From NCBI GenBank assembly GCA_023334545.1, contig JAADVB010000018.1, positions 62,001 to 126,000 of the forward strand: DNA of 64,000 nt, given 5' to 3'. This DNA is from Salisapilia sapeloensis CBS 127946. Taxonomy: Eukaryota > Protista > Oomycota. Shown piece after piece: positions 34,623 to 48,600 of the stretch. The position numbers were made by a program, and so were the translations under genes. Each line of letters opens with the position of its first letter. Position 1 is the first letter of the stretch. A model generated the notes under the pieces. The model saw only the letters and a program-made list of their open reading frames with translations. It was not told where the DNA came from and searched no databases.

Positions 34623-35921
34623 CTAGTTGAAAAGCATCGAGACGGACTTTTTCCCATGGATGCTCTGAATGGCTTGCGCCACGAGCGGAGCAATGTCCAA
34701 TTGCACAATCTTTTCGTTGCCTTCACAGCTCTTGGGCAATGGCGTCGTGTTCACCACTACCACTTCCTTTAACGCAGACTCCTTAATACGTTCACTTGCT
34801 GGTCCGTTGAATAGACCGTGGCTAGCGAATGCGTACACGTTCCGAGCGCCGTGGTCCGATAAGTGCTGCGCAGCTTTGCACAAAGTACCGGCCGTGTCGA
34901 TCATATCGTCGACGATGATGCAGTCGGAGCCTTCGACGTTCCCGACGAGGTCCATCTTACCCACCTCATTCGCCTTGACACGCTGCTTGATGATCATGGC
35001 AAGTCCGGTCTGTTGCAAGTCAAACTTGCCGGCAAGCCACTCACGGAACTTCTTTGCACGGGCGACACCACCGGCGTCAGGAGAGACGACGACCGGGTTG
35101 ACTAGATCGTGCTCGCCAAAGTACGAGACGCCGACGAGACCACCATCGAGGTTGTCCACAGGGACGCGAGGTCCGAAGAAGCCCTGGATCTGACCACAGT
35201 GGAGGTCCACAGCCACGACACGGTCGATGCCCATGGCTTCCAATAGACGAGCGACGTCTGCGGCGGAGATAGGCACTCGAGCAGCCATCTTACGGTCCTA
35301 TGGTGCATGCACGTAAGTATCTTGTCGGGAGATAGGAAAACTAGCTGTTAATTGATATACATAGCTACTAGACTAGTAACTATCATGATGTGGTACGAGC
35401 TATTATGGATGTGAAGAGACAGAGATACGAGTACTTACTTGTCGAGCGTAGCCATAGTATGGCACGACGGCAGTGATACGGCGAGCAGAGGCCCGTCGCA
35501 TGGTGCTGACCATGAGGAGGAGCTCCATCAAGCTCTCGTTGACTGGCTGGCACGTCGGTTGGATGATATACACGTCCTTGCCACGCACGTTTTCATGCAC
35601 CATGACGTTCACTTCGCCATCGGCAAAACGTTCGACCGTGATTTTACCAAGGTCGACGCCAACGAGTTTTGCAACGTTCTGTGCCAATTCCGGATTCGAA
35701 GTGCCGCTAAAGATCTTGAGGCCGTTGATCTTGGGCTGCTTCTTGGCAATCGCCGGACGAGGGTACTCGCCATCATCACTGTTCATATTGATGGCGATCT
35801 CCTGCGGCGCCGATCGGGCACTGGAGCTATTGTAACTGCCTAGCAAGGCTCCAGCGCCGAGTGCGGCGCCCATGAGCCGCGGCATCGGCTGTGAGGCTCG
35901 GCCAAGGAACTGTCGGAACAT
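34623..35921 (-). CDS. prs: Ribose-phosphate pyrophosphokinase (PRPP synthetase) with N-terminal transit-peptide-like extension; 2 exons
   Basis: KIFSGTSNPELA, FADGE, RRASARRITAVVPYYGYARQ|DRKM, VDLHCGQIQGFF, VSPDAGG, IIVDDMIDTAGTL. Intron at about 35299-35438. Confidence 0.96.
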
Positions 35922-36074
35922 GCTTATTGCGATATGCTGGGTGGCTGTCCATTAGGATGGATGGCGCTCGTCCTGGAATAATTCTTTATAATAAATACAA
36001 AATGTGTGTGTAAATGCGTACTTTAAAAAGGGATATTGTGTAGTTTCACCGCTCGGACAATAAATTAGGAAGTT

Positions 36075-39000
36075 ATGCAGGCTACTAGTGGTACTCGGCG
36101 ATCTCGTCCAGAGCGTCAGTCTGCAGATAGTGGATATGCTCATAGTCCATCCACAAGAAGTAGTGGTATCTACCCAAATTCTCAAAGTTCATCGTTATCG
36201 TCGTTCAAGCCGTCTGAGTACTCGAGTGAAAGCTCGAGTACTTTTCGAGTAGGCATGACGACACCACCGAAGAAACGAATGCATGGAAAGACACCGTTTA
36301 GTTCGACTTCATTTACACATGTATCTGAAAGTCAGGAGCAGGAGGATCCGTTGACGCCGAATAGTAGGAAGCAGCTCACTCTGATGAATCAACAGACAGA
36401 GGAAGATGAAAAGATGGAGGAAGAGGTAGACGCAGAGTTTACTTTTACACACACCTCAGATTGGAAGAAAGCAGATGAAGTCGTTGTCACTCCATCTAAT
36501 ATCGTCTACGACAGCTCCATTCGTCTGCAATTGAATAATCATGAAAGCATGCGACTAGAGACCATTGACTCGGACTCGGACGAAGCTGTTTTAAATGGTA
36601 CAGGCAACGGTGTGGACACAGAAGACCAGACGTTCGAGTTTCTAAACGTCGACCGGATATCGCTTAGTGGTCCGGTGCAGTACGGCGATGTCGTCGGCAT
36701 CCAGTGCACGTCCGGTCGATGGAAAGGATACGTGCTTCGAGTCGATAACGTCGACCGTACATGTGGCGTGAAAAAAGGTCCGGTATGTGGTCGACTAGAA
36801 CGGTGGCTAGTAGTCCATCCGGACTCGACACCGGAAGCCTACGGCACACGTTCAAATCAGCAGAATCAGATCTTTTACTTTGGTCAAGAAGATGCTTCGG
36901 CTGCTTTAAAGCGTCCAGTGGAAACGGGAGATAAGATCTGCCTCGTCTCCCTCGCGAATGACCTATACCTGTCTGCCATCCCGGATGCCGACGGCAATGT
37001 GGCTATCAAATTAGTATCCAAGGACGATCCTCTGGAGCCTGCTGTCCAAGCATGGCAAGTAGCACAGAAGAATCTACCGTATGAACCGAATTGGAATCGC
37101 CAACGACCGTACTTGACAGGCTCGTTTATGGTTGAAAGTGATGAAAAGCGAGAACAGAATCGAACGGCATCAGATGTGAACAAATCTCCATTAACGCGAC
37201 TGCCTACGCCAGCACAAGAGACGTCTGTGATGGATGATCTCTTGTGTGCTTTGAAAGGCATCGAAGGCAAGTTTATCTTGCTTCGAGTATGGGAAGACCA
37301 AAGCAAGCGGTATGAGTTTTACATGGATAAACACAAGATGGACCAGTCCATTGCATCCATGGCATCTCGCTGTCTCCCACTAGGCTCGTACTATATCACT
37401 CTAAAGTTATTCGTCGAACAACAGTCTCGATACGAGTATGGACATGTCAATCACGCGTTTTGTGCTGCGTTGAAAGTGCTATTGAAAGAATACATGGTCG
37501 TCGTCGGTCAGTTAGAGCGTCAGCATATGAAACAATCGTCGTTCGGTCTGCAGCAGATGTGGCATTGTCTCCAGCCAAGTCTTTTGACGATGCAAAAGCT
37601 TTCGGTCTTAGCGACAAAGTGTCAGTCGCTTACAGGTGGAGCGATATTAAGTCAAATCCAACGTATCAAGAGCTCGTTAGCAGGTGATGAAGCGTCGAAT
37701 CGAGCTTTTCACTTCCTCCTCGTACGATCAAGTGTACCGTATTTAGAGATGGTAGAAGAATGGATTTATACAGGCAAGTTGGCAGATCCATACGATGAAT
37801 TTATGGTCCAGTCCGATGAGAATTTAGGCATTGACGATCTCCAACGGAATATGAACTCAACGTACTGGACCAGTAGGTTTGTACTTCGAGAGGAAGAGAC
37901 GCCATTGTTTCTACAACGTTCACAGAAAAAGATTTTAGATGCTGGCAAGTACCTCAACATTTTTCGTTCTTGTGGTCGTTCAATCGAATGTCCATCTCGA
38001 TCACCTCTATCGCTTTCAAACGAAACGTCAACACTGGATACAGCCATTGATAAGGCACACAAGTTTGCTAGTGAACGACTATTGCAGTTGTTTATGGATG
38101 AGTACGACTTGAAGAAACGATTGGAGTCGTTGAATCACTATTTTTTCATGGACCACGGAGACTTTTACGTCGACTTTTTAAATGTCGCGGAAGTCGAGTT
38201 GAAGAGTAAAGCAGCAGACGTACCAGTCGGGCGATTAGAAAGTCTCTTGCAGCTTAGTCTACAGACGAGTAGCTGTGCGAATGATAGATATAAAGAAGAC
38301 ATGACGTGCTTTTTAAGTCGAAGAGGGATGGTCCAGCAATTGGAAGTCATCCATGCAAGTAATAAGGAGAAGAGTGAGGTCGTACCGGAACCTGCGCTCG
38401 ATAGGGCTGGCTACAAGGTGATTGATGCGTTCACGTTGGATTATAAGGTCTCGTGGCCGTTGTCGTTGCTGTTGTCGTTTAGTGCCTTGAGCAAGTATCA
38501 ACTCGTCTTCCGTCATCTCTTCTTCTGTAAGCACGTGGAGCATCAGTTGAGTGAAGCGTGGTTGAACCATCAAGCTATCAAAGAGCTCCGGCTACGAGGT
38601 GTCATGACCCAATCCTTTCTTCTTCGCCATCGCATGCTCCACTTTGTTCAGAACTTTGTTTACTACATGACGTACGAAGTCATATCTCCTCGTTGGCATG
38701 AGCTCCAGACGCGACTACATAGCGTCGAGACAGTGGATGACGTCATGGTCGCACTTGAGTACTTTCTCGATATGGTCATGAAGGAGTGTCTGCTATCTCA
38801 TGCCGATCTGCTACGTGCCGTAGCGCAAGTGATGAACATGTGTGTGCACTTTGCAGGTCGCATCGAGTCTGTTGTTGGACCGTACATTATGGATGAAGAG
38901 ACGATAAAGAACGAGAGGGAGGACCAGCGGATGAGACGAGCGGAGAAGAAAGCTGAGCAAGATGCTGATCGGCTGCTGAAGAGACATACGAAGACGTTTG

Positions 39001-39349
39001 TCAAGAAAGGAGCCAACTTGAGACGACGTCCGAGCTCCCAAGTAGATCTTCGAAAGCAGCGGATTAAGGAACTGGAGACTGACATGAAGTCTGCTTTGAA
39101 TCCACCAGAAGAAGGGCAGGTGAATCCGTATGTAAAAATGACCAAGGAGAATGAAGCCGAGTTTGATGCCCGACTGGATAAACTCATGAAGATGCTAGCT
39201 CGCAAATCTAAATCCGAGGTATGTAAGATATACTGTCATGGTATTTGCGTTTATAGTCATGTTTGTATGTGTAGGCAGATGCCCACTTGTCGAATTTGGT
39301 GCGTCGTCTGGATTATAATGGTTTCTATGCAGACTTGCAAAAGCAGTGA
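36075..39349 (+). CDS. TUBGCP2: Gamma-tubulin complex component 2 (Spc97/GCP2) with long N-terminal extension; 2 exons
   Basis: DDLLCALKGIEGKFI, YEYGHVNHAFCAALKVLLKEY, SSVPYLEMVEEWIYTG, YFFMDHGDF, KYQLVFRHLFFCKHVEHQL. A short intron after KSE (about 39219-39274) leads to LSNLVRRLDYNGFY...*. Confidence 0.92.
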
Positions 39350-39614
39350 GGACGATGGTACAGAGGCTGTAGGTAAGAGCAGTACGAAATGGCAAGTGAT
39401 CGTTAGACTTGAAATCTCCATAATGCTGTGTACATCTATTTGATATTAATTTGATAAGACTATTTGACACGTCCAAAAGGTGTCTGTGGAAGTATCCTTT
39501 CGTATCATCTACTTAAACAATATCTGACTTGGCTTGCTATAAAATAGAAAAACAAGGTGAAGGGTCATTTGGATACGTCTCTTCAGACATCAAGGTCCGA
39601 CTTGCCTTCAAGCC

Positions 39615-42600
39615 ATGATATATGGATCTAATCGCTATTCTCTTATCCTGCTTAGCGTTCTCCTGCTTTACTCTATTGTTTTGATCGAAGCATACAAGCT
39701 ACGTATTCATGTACAACCAGAGACAAGTACAGGAGGAGATCCTTTCGCGGTTGATCCTGTTGTCGTGCTCACTGATAATTCCGATATCGATCTTGACTCG
39801 GTCAATGTCGGTGGTGTTCTCGCTGTTATTGGTGAGAACCCGAACATCTATGGCGTGGTCGAGCCGTCCAATACGATATTTCCATTCGTCAATGGCGTAG
39901 CGACACTGACAGGACTGTATATCGACCTCGTTGCTTCTGATTATACTTTGATCTTCATATCTATTTCGCATGGCGTCAAGGTTGAATCCAATCCGTTCGA
40001 CATTATTGTTGGTGACATGTATGGACTAGCGTTGATTACAGATATCAGTACAGCTTATGGAGGCACGCCATTCCGTCCGCAACCTATCGTCGCCGTTGTC
40101 GACCGTGGTGGTAATGTCGTTGATACACACAATGACGGGACGATCACGGTGGTGATTAAATACAATCCTACCGGCGGGAATTTGTTACCAGTCACAGGCT
40201 TAACAGCAACTATTGGAGGAGGTATGGCTAAGTTCCAGGCAATGTATATTGACGTCGCAGGCTCTCCGTACGTATTAGAATACACTGCAGACTTTGATCT
40301 TCCTGCTGGCTCCGTCATAGAGACGAACCCTTTTACGGTTGCTGCCGGAAGTGCTGCATTCTTGGTCTTGTCTAGCTCACCTAGCTCCTCTATTGGTGGC
40401 AAAGCCTTTGGCGTGCAACCAGTTGTAGAGATTCGAGATGCAGGAAATAATTTACGTGAGGAAGATAGCAGCAGTTTCGTACGAGCGTACATTGGGAATA
40501 ATCCATCCGGAGGTACGCTATTGCCGAGTAGTGCAACTGAAGTACACGTGAAGGATGGTGTTGCAACCTTTCGAAATCTACGCATTGATCGAGTAGGAAG
40601 TGACTACTCACTCATATTCGTCTTATATGCACATGTACCTGGCACTACTTCATATATTAAAACAGATTTAGAGCTAGTCTCTCCTCCATTTGACGTTGTG
40701 GTAGGTTTGCCAGTGGAGTTAGCTATAACTCAAAGAATGTCAGACGGCGTCTTGGATGGACAGCCGAATGCTGTACAACCAGAGCTCGAGTTATGGGATG
40801 CAGGAGGTAATGTCGTCAATTCAGTGGTTTCCGGTGATGTAATCGCACACGTTGTGCCGAGTCTGTCGGTAGGTGCGACCGTCATCATTGATACGTCTCA
40901 TGCTCCTGACGTGACTGTTAGTCATGTACAGTATGTGACGAATAGCGATTTGCCCATGCCTCTAGGCGTCGGGGCGCTCATACACGTGCAGGTCGTGTTT
41001 ACAGCTGAAGTACGAGCCACTGGTGTTCCGACATTAGAACTCTTATCATCTGAAACTGGAGGTCCGAATGGCATCGCCGAGTGCATCAACGTCGGTGTAT
41101 GGACCAAATCACTCGTATTTGAGTATGCTGTCATTGCCACAGATAGCACACCGGACCTAAACTATGTCTCCGTAGATGCTTTAAAAGTGGTAAATGCTAT
41201 TATCATTGACCGGAATATGAGACCAGCCTTGCTACAACTTCCGGCATTAGACGGTGGATATTCGTTAAAGAGTCGTAGTGATGTCGAGATCGATACATCA
41301 GCACCTGTCATTTCGTACGTCCATAGCGTGTTACCAGGCAATGGAGAGTATGGTACAGGTGAGAAGGTCTATGTAGGCGTTGTCTTTTCAAGGCCAGTAA
41401 CAGTTTATTTTAACATCTACGGAGGTAGCCCATACATTAATGTTGTCCTTGCATCGACCAAAGATGGTAGCAATAAACGAGTTGCAGCCTTTCATGATGG
41501 CAACAATACAGATACTATTACATTTCTGTATACCGTTGAAGACGGTGATTCAGTCGGGCTTCCAGGCATCGACGTTGTTGAAGACATCAATGTCAACAAT
41601 GGATTTATTAAACACTATTCTTCCTTCCCAACCACTGATGCTGACGTATCTATGGTCTCGGATTCATCAGGCAACAACCTTGCAAGTATGAATCAGATAC
41701 GAATCGATACCTCTGTCCCTGTCGTTGATGCGAGTGTTGGCGTGACATCCGTATCTCAAGACGGAACGTACGCTCCTGGAGATCGGATCACCCTCGCCGT
41801 CACCTTTGATAAGCCTGTCAGGGTCGATGGATATCCTAGACTATACTTGGAAACAGGAGCATATGATCGTCCAGCAGGGTATGCGACTGGGAGTGGCACG
41901 CGAGTACTTCAATTTATATACAAAGTAATGGCATATGACTCGACGGGTGGTGGCTACTTGGACTATCGGGATGCAACTGCTCTTAGTCTTAATGGTGGAG
42001 CGATTAGAAGATTGCTGAGCGATGGAAGTGGTGGTGTTCATGCTCAAATATCGTTGCAAGATGCTACTGATACCGGGAAGAACTTGGCGAATACATCGCA
42101 ACTGACGATTGATGCCCAGCCTGCTCGAGTAACTCAGGTGTCTGTAACTTCACCACCAGCGTCGGTGACAAGAGGAGACCAAGTGGAGATTGTCGTTAGC
42201 TTCACATCAATTGTAATAGTAGATACGACTGAAGCTATTCCTTCGTTGAAACTACATATTGGATACTACGACCGACGTGCCTACTATACCTCTGGGAGTG
42301 GATCGCAAGCACTCAAGTTCGTATACACGGCGATGCTTGGTGATGACGCCGATACATTGGACTATCGGTCCATCAATGCATTGGTTCTCGACGGTAGTAA
42401 GATCCGAAAGTACTCCTCGGATCCAACCATGGACGCTTTCCTCATCCTCCCGACCCCAAACCTTGCTGCATACAACATTGAAGTCGATCCGGCAATGGGT
42501 TTTACTACGACTGTATCGTCTATCACTGCGGATGTCGATCCTGGTATCTACGGTGTAAAGCAAGTGATTACGATTGTGGTCTCTTTTTCAGACGAAGTTT

Positions 42601-45600
42601 CTCTGTACTCTGGCATGCCATACTTAAAGGTTTCCACAGGAGCCCTAGTGCCATATGCTGAAGGTAGCGGTACCTCCCAGCTTACGTTCATGTACGCTGT
42701 ACAGGCTGGAGAAGCTACATCTGACCTAGACAAGTTTGATGACGACGCCATCATCTGCTCGGGTGCTTGCCAAATTGTCAACTTTAACCGAGAAGGAGTA
42801 GATCTATCACTTAGTGCCTTACGACTTCAGCCACCACTTATTGTTGTCGATACGTCTGCACCTTTTGTTGTCGACGTCTACAGTGTCTCCCCCATTCCGA
42901 CTATTAACGATCAAAAGTTCGTCGTTGGAGATCAGATTGATATCGTTGTGGAAATGAGCGCTGATGTGCATATCGATCCACCTCCTGCAGACTATCCTGA
43001 GAAAGCACCGACGCTGGTGTTAGATGTAGATACATTGGGAAGGCATGTACTCTGTTCTGGGTACTATGGTAGTGACAAGCACAAGCTCTTGTTCGAATAC
43101 ATCGTACAACATGGAGATACCAGTGCTGAACTCATGTACGTTGATACAGCTTCGTTGACCTTAAACAAAGATCAAAGTGCTATTAAGAGATATTCGACAA
43201 GTCCAACGACAAATGCTATACTCACTCTTCCTGCTCCAAGTCCTCTTGGATCAGGCAATGTAATACAAGTCGATACAACACTTGTTCCGCATGTGGTGTC
43301 GGTAACCTCCTTACAGAATGACCCAATTTATCGCGCTGGAGACATTATCGATATACAAGTCTTGTTCTCGTACGAAGTAGCTGTCTCCGGTTCGCCATTC
43401 GTCTGGCTGGATCTCGGTTACCACTCGAAGCGTGCCACATACCTCTCCGGTACAGGCTCCAAGTCACTTGTGTTTCGATATACCATCGAAGAGGATGATT
43501 ATAGCATCGACTTGGACTATATCGACCGCCACTCTCTCGACACTTCGGATTCCAAATCTGCCATCTACCATGCTGCGACGCATCCTACGTTGCTTGCAAA
43601 CTTGTATCTGCCATACCCTTCTACACAGGACAGTCTTAGCTACAACAAGGACATCACAGTGGACGGTCGTAAACCACGTGTCATCCATGTCGCTTTCGTG
43701 ACCGCCGAAGATTCGTATGGCGTCGGTCATCAAATCGTCGTTGAGATCACATTTAGCTCCAGCATCGTCGTGATTCCTGATGATGCAGGAACGGATACGA
43801 CGCCCGTACTGCGGTTCCGTCCTGACGGTGTCAGTGGTATCATCACGCGATACGGTTACTACGTGAGCGGCAGTGGAACAAACACGCTACGGTTTCAGTA
43901 TGAGATCGAAACGGGTGATACGTCCAGCCATCTGGATTACGCTGGTGTGGATGCGATTGAAACACGACGATCTCGTATCTTGACACAGACGACCAACGTG
44001 GGTTTAACACCGACACAGAGTGTTAACTTGCATTTAAATCCACCTGGTGGACGACTCCTTGGCGACACTGCACAGTCCATTGCGTTCGGTCGAGTGGTCT
44101 TTACAGATCTCATGGTGAATCAACTCGGATATGAATACGAAATCATCTTTAGTACACAAGTAGCCACCACGACACTTATCACGAGTTCACGCTTTGACTC
44201 CTTGTACTCGGCTGTATACGGATTAAGATCGTCACCGAGTGAGCATGGAGACAAGCTTGGGTATAGCGTAGATATTGACGAAGATACACTCGTCATGGGA
44301 GCTCCAGGAGCTCAACGACCGATCTCGGCAGTGCAGATTATAACTGCCATGTGCGACTCGAAGGATTATATCGACGAGATACAGACGGTAACGACGAGAG
44401 CGACGGCTCAACCAGCGGTTCAAAAGATAATTTCTAGTGCTGATCCAGGGGCTACGATCGCTGGCAATTTCCGTCTAGCTGTTGCCGCGACGGGGAAGTC
44501 GAAGGTCTTACCTGCAGACGTCGACATCGACTTACTTTCGGTAACGATCGAGCAAGCGTTGGGATTCGGCACCCACTCGGTGAACATTGTAAGAGAAGAG
44601 AACACTGCATGTGAATGTAAGAACGCATATATCTGGACCATTACGTTTATATTTGCAGAAGGTCCTCTTGCACCTCTCTTGACTATCAGTGAGCTCGAAG
44701 GTGATGGTGCGACTATTGGAGATGGCTTAGGATCCCCAAATGCAAAGATTATCGTCGAGTCTACAGCCATTAGTGGCACATTTACACTACGCACAGCCAC
44801 ATCCGTGACGCGTTTGATCGACTATGACATCTCGCCAATAAAGCTAACAGAGTATATCACGAATGACTTGCAACTGGACGTACGGCACCTTCGAAGGACT
44901 GGACCATCGACGATGAGAGAATATACGTGGTACATTACATTCTTAGCAACTGATCAACTTTATGACGTCCCGGAACTCGAAGCTCAGAGCAGTGGCTTGT
45001 ACGGATACCAAGCTCGCGTTAAGGTGGAGACGTTACGAGATGGTCTCGGTCGTTTGTCCGGTTTCTTTCGGCTGAAATTTCGCTCTGAAATGTTTCCAAG
45101 CGATGAGACGGAAGATATTGCTGTTACTGCTAGTGATATTGACGTTGAAAATGCGTTGGAAGCACTCACATCGATTAATGATGTGCAAGTGAGTCAATCG
45201 TCTTCTATCAATGCTTATGGCGGATACTCCTGGACCATTACGTTCTTACAAGTGAATACAAGGAATGAGTATGGTCCAGTTGAAGACAAGTCTGGCACTT
45301 TACCTCCTTTAGAACCAGTTACAACGACGCTAGTGGGTGGTGAGGCAGTGACGTTATTGAAAGGAAGTAATGCACGCATTGATGTCCAGACTGGTGGGTT
45401 CGAGCTGTCGCCACTGACTGAAGGAGCAACGAATTGGGGTCTACCAGGAGAAAATGCTGGCATGGCAAGTGTCTTCACAAGAGGAGAGAATGATTGGAAA
45501 CAGCAAGGATCGACAATTTCGGCCATTGATACAAGGACGGGCGATTTGTTTGGCACTAGTGTTGGCATCTCTGGAAACTCTATGATTGTGGGAGCACCAG

Positions 45601-48600
45601 CAGCAGCTTATTACGGCGCGTTTGAGCTTCAAAACCTATTATGTGATGCTGATGAAGGGTACTTTCGCATCGTATATCAAGGAAGGAAGTCTAGTCCGAT
45701 TGAATTTGATGCCACGAGTATGCAGCTTCGATTGGCGATTGTCGAAGCTATGTCAGTGCCATACGGAGACGTTGTAATCATGACAGACTTTAACGATCTG
45801 TGTGGTGGAATTGAGATAACGATTCAACTCCGATCTGGAAATCACGGAGATACGAGTGGAAACATCCCAGAGTTGGTGGTAGATGCTACTGGATTGAAGA
45901 AAGCTGGTGTCCAAGGCATTGGTCTCGTTCAAGAATATCAACGAGGCACGTTCCAAAAGGGCGGAGAAGGAGCAAAGGGACTCCAGTGTGGAGCTGCGTA
46001 TGTATTTGAAAGAAATGAGGAAGAGGTATGGGATGAAAAGGCTAAACTTACACCTCCAGTCGATATGTTAAGCGATGTCACCGAGTTTGGTAGTCAAGTG
46101 GCTATTTACAATCGATGGGCTGTTGTCACTGCTCCTGGTGCTTATCATCATGAAGGAAGAGCATTTGTATACGAGTACGATAGTGGGTCCAAGATCTGGA
46201 GTTTATTTCAGATCTTAGATGCTTATCCGTATGAAAAGTCATCCTACGATCGATTTGGTGATTGCGTCGCGATATCAGGACATGACGACGGGACGGTCGT
46301 CATTGCGATTGGGGCACCAGGGTTTGCCTCAGCCCATGGATCTGTCTTTGTCTTTGACCTTTTATTCGGTGTCTTCCAAAATCGACAGTCGATCATCGAT
46401 CCATATCCTGGAATGGGTGAAGCAGCTCGCTTTGGGTCATCTGTTGGTCTAGATATGTCATCCACCTTTACGCTTGTGGCTGGTGCACCGAACTATGCGA
46501 CTGATGTAGGTGATAAAGATAGTGGAATAGCAGTAGTATTGACGAGAAGGTCAGGTAAAGATACTTACTTTAAGCCACAGCAAGCATTAGTAGGCTCGGA
46601 TACTCGATCCAAGGACCGATTTGGAATTAGTGTCGCAATATCGAAGGATACACTTCTAATTGGGGCGCATGAGCTGTATCAAGGCATCCAGACGATTCGA
46701 AAACCAGTGCAAAGGGTAGCAAGTGTCGTGCTAGATGATGGACAGTCCGTCGCGAGTGGATCATTTAATCTTGCTTTACTCGTTGTGAACAATACTGCAG
46801 ACAATTCTAGTAGTCTCGTGATAACGAGAACGATGGCATTTGACGTCAGCGCATTGTCGATGCAGTCTGCGATAGAAAATGATCTACCGCTCGGCCATGT
46901 TCAGGTACGTCGTGATGGTCCGAGCGATCGGAATGAGTTTTCGTGGTATATTACATTCACACAAGCAACGGGCAATATTCCTTTAATACAAGTAGGAGAG
47001 AACCACTTAGCAACGGATGCAATCGTCAATTCAGCGAGTGTCATGATAGACATTGAATGGGCTGTCACCATGCCACCAATCCTTCGTAGCAATGTCTACA
47101 CGTTCACAAGAAATGAATTCAATCGATGGACGGAGCAACTCTCGTTCTTCCCACGTGCAAAGCAGTACTTTAGCTGGTTCGGTACATCCCTTGCTCTTCA
47201 CGAACGAACTGCCATCGTTGGTGCATATAATCTAGACACATACGCAACAGGTAGCAACTCTGGTGGTGGCTTTGTCTATGATTTAGGTATTTTAGGCGTG
47301 CGATTTTCATCCAAAGAGTATGATGTGATGGAAGGAGAGACGTTGTCTGTAGATGTAACGAGATGTAATGAGGATGGAATTTACTGTGCTATGGATGTCG
47401 CTGCTGAGGCACAGCTATATGTCAATTATGATACTGGCGACGCATTCTCGAATCGAGAATCAAAGAATGTGGTCAAAATCGAGCCTCGAATCGGATACTA
47501 TCAGCGTCTGTCGATGTTGGAAGCCATTCCACAGTCGGTATCGTCTTTCTACGCGTCCAAGGTGTTAGGACAAGAGCCATACCCGCAGCGAGGCTACGGT
47601 CGATGGCTCCGGATTGATTCAGCTGGTACTGCGAATGCTCGAAACCAGTTCTACGGTAGTAGTGAACGACGGTCGTTGTGGATTGACTCGCAGTATGATT
47701 ATGATGGAGAAGCAGATTACGCGACGAGTTCGGGTGAGTTGTACTTTGATTTAGAAGAACCAATTCATTCCTTCCAGGTTGCCACCACAGGTGACTTGGT
47801 GTATGAGGACTTGGATGAATCCATCATGCTGCGCTTGTCTCTGCCTGGTATTTGGCCTAGTCGAAACGGTCAGTTGTGGTCGACAGCAACGATATTGGAT
47901 GACGGTGATGGAGGTATGGGCACACAGTCATACTTAGATGTTTTATCTCCGGAAGAATCGGACTTGCAGCTCCACAGCCAGTTTGGATCCGTTGTTAGTA
48001 TTTTCGATGATGCTAATGTCGCCGTTGTCGGTGCTCCGTTCGATCAAGAAGATGAGAATGGTATCGTTACATGTGGAGCAGCATACTTTTACGCAAGAAA
48101 GAGTGGAGTATGGGAATTGCAGAATCGTCAAACGCCTTCATCTTGTGTACACGGTATGCTATTTGGTGCCAGTGTAGCTGTAGATGGTAGTCTCGGGCCT
48201 GTACGTGCCATCGTTGGTGCTCCAGGAGCTAAAGAAGCTTACATCTACTTAAAGACGGGAAACACTTGGGTGGAAGAAGCGCAGTTATCGCATCCAGATG
48301 CAACCTCTCACTTGCATCACTTCGGAGGACCTCGAGCTGTCGGTATCTACGGTAACATTGCTGTCGTTGGTGCAGCTGGATTAGAAAGTGCTTATGTGTA
48401 TCATCGATTGATGACCGGGTGGGTGTTTGATAGAGAGCTCAAGTGCAGTGATAGTGTCGTGACTCCCATTCTGCAAGACACTTTTGAACAAGAGTATCGA
48501 TTTGGATATGCTGTTGCCATCAACAAGCGTACGATTGTTGTTGGTGCGCCATTTAGTGATAATGGCAAGTTCTCTGGTGATGAATATCATGACCCAATGT

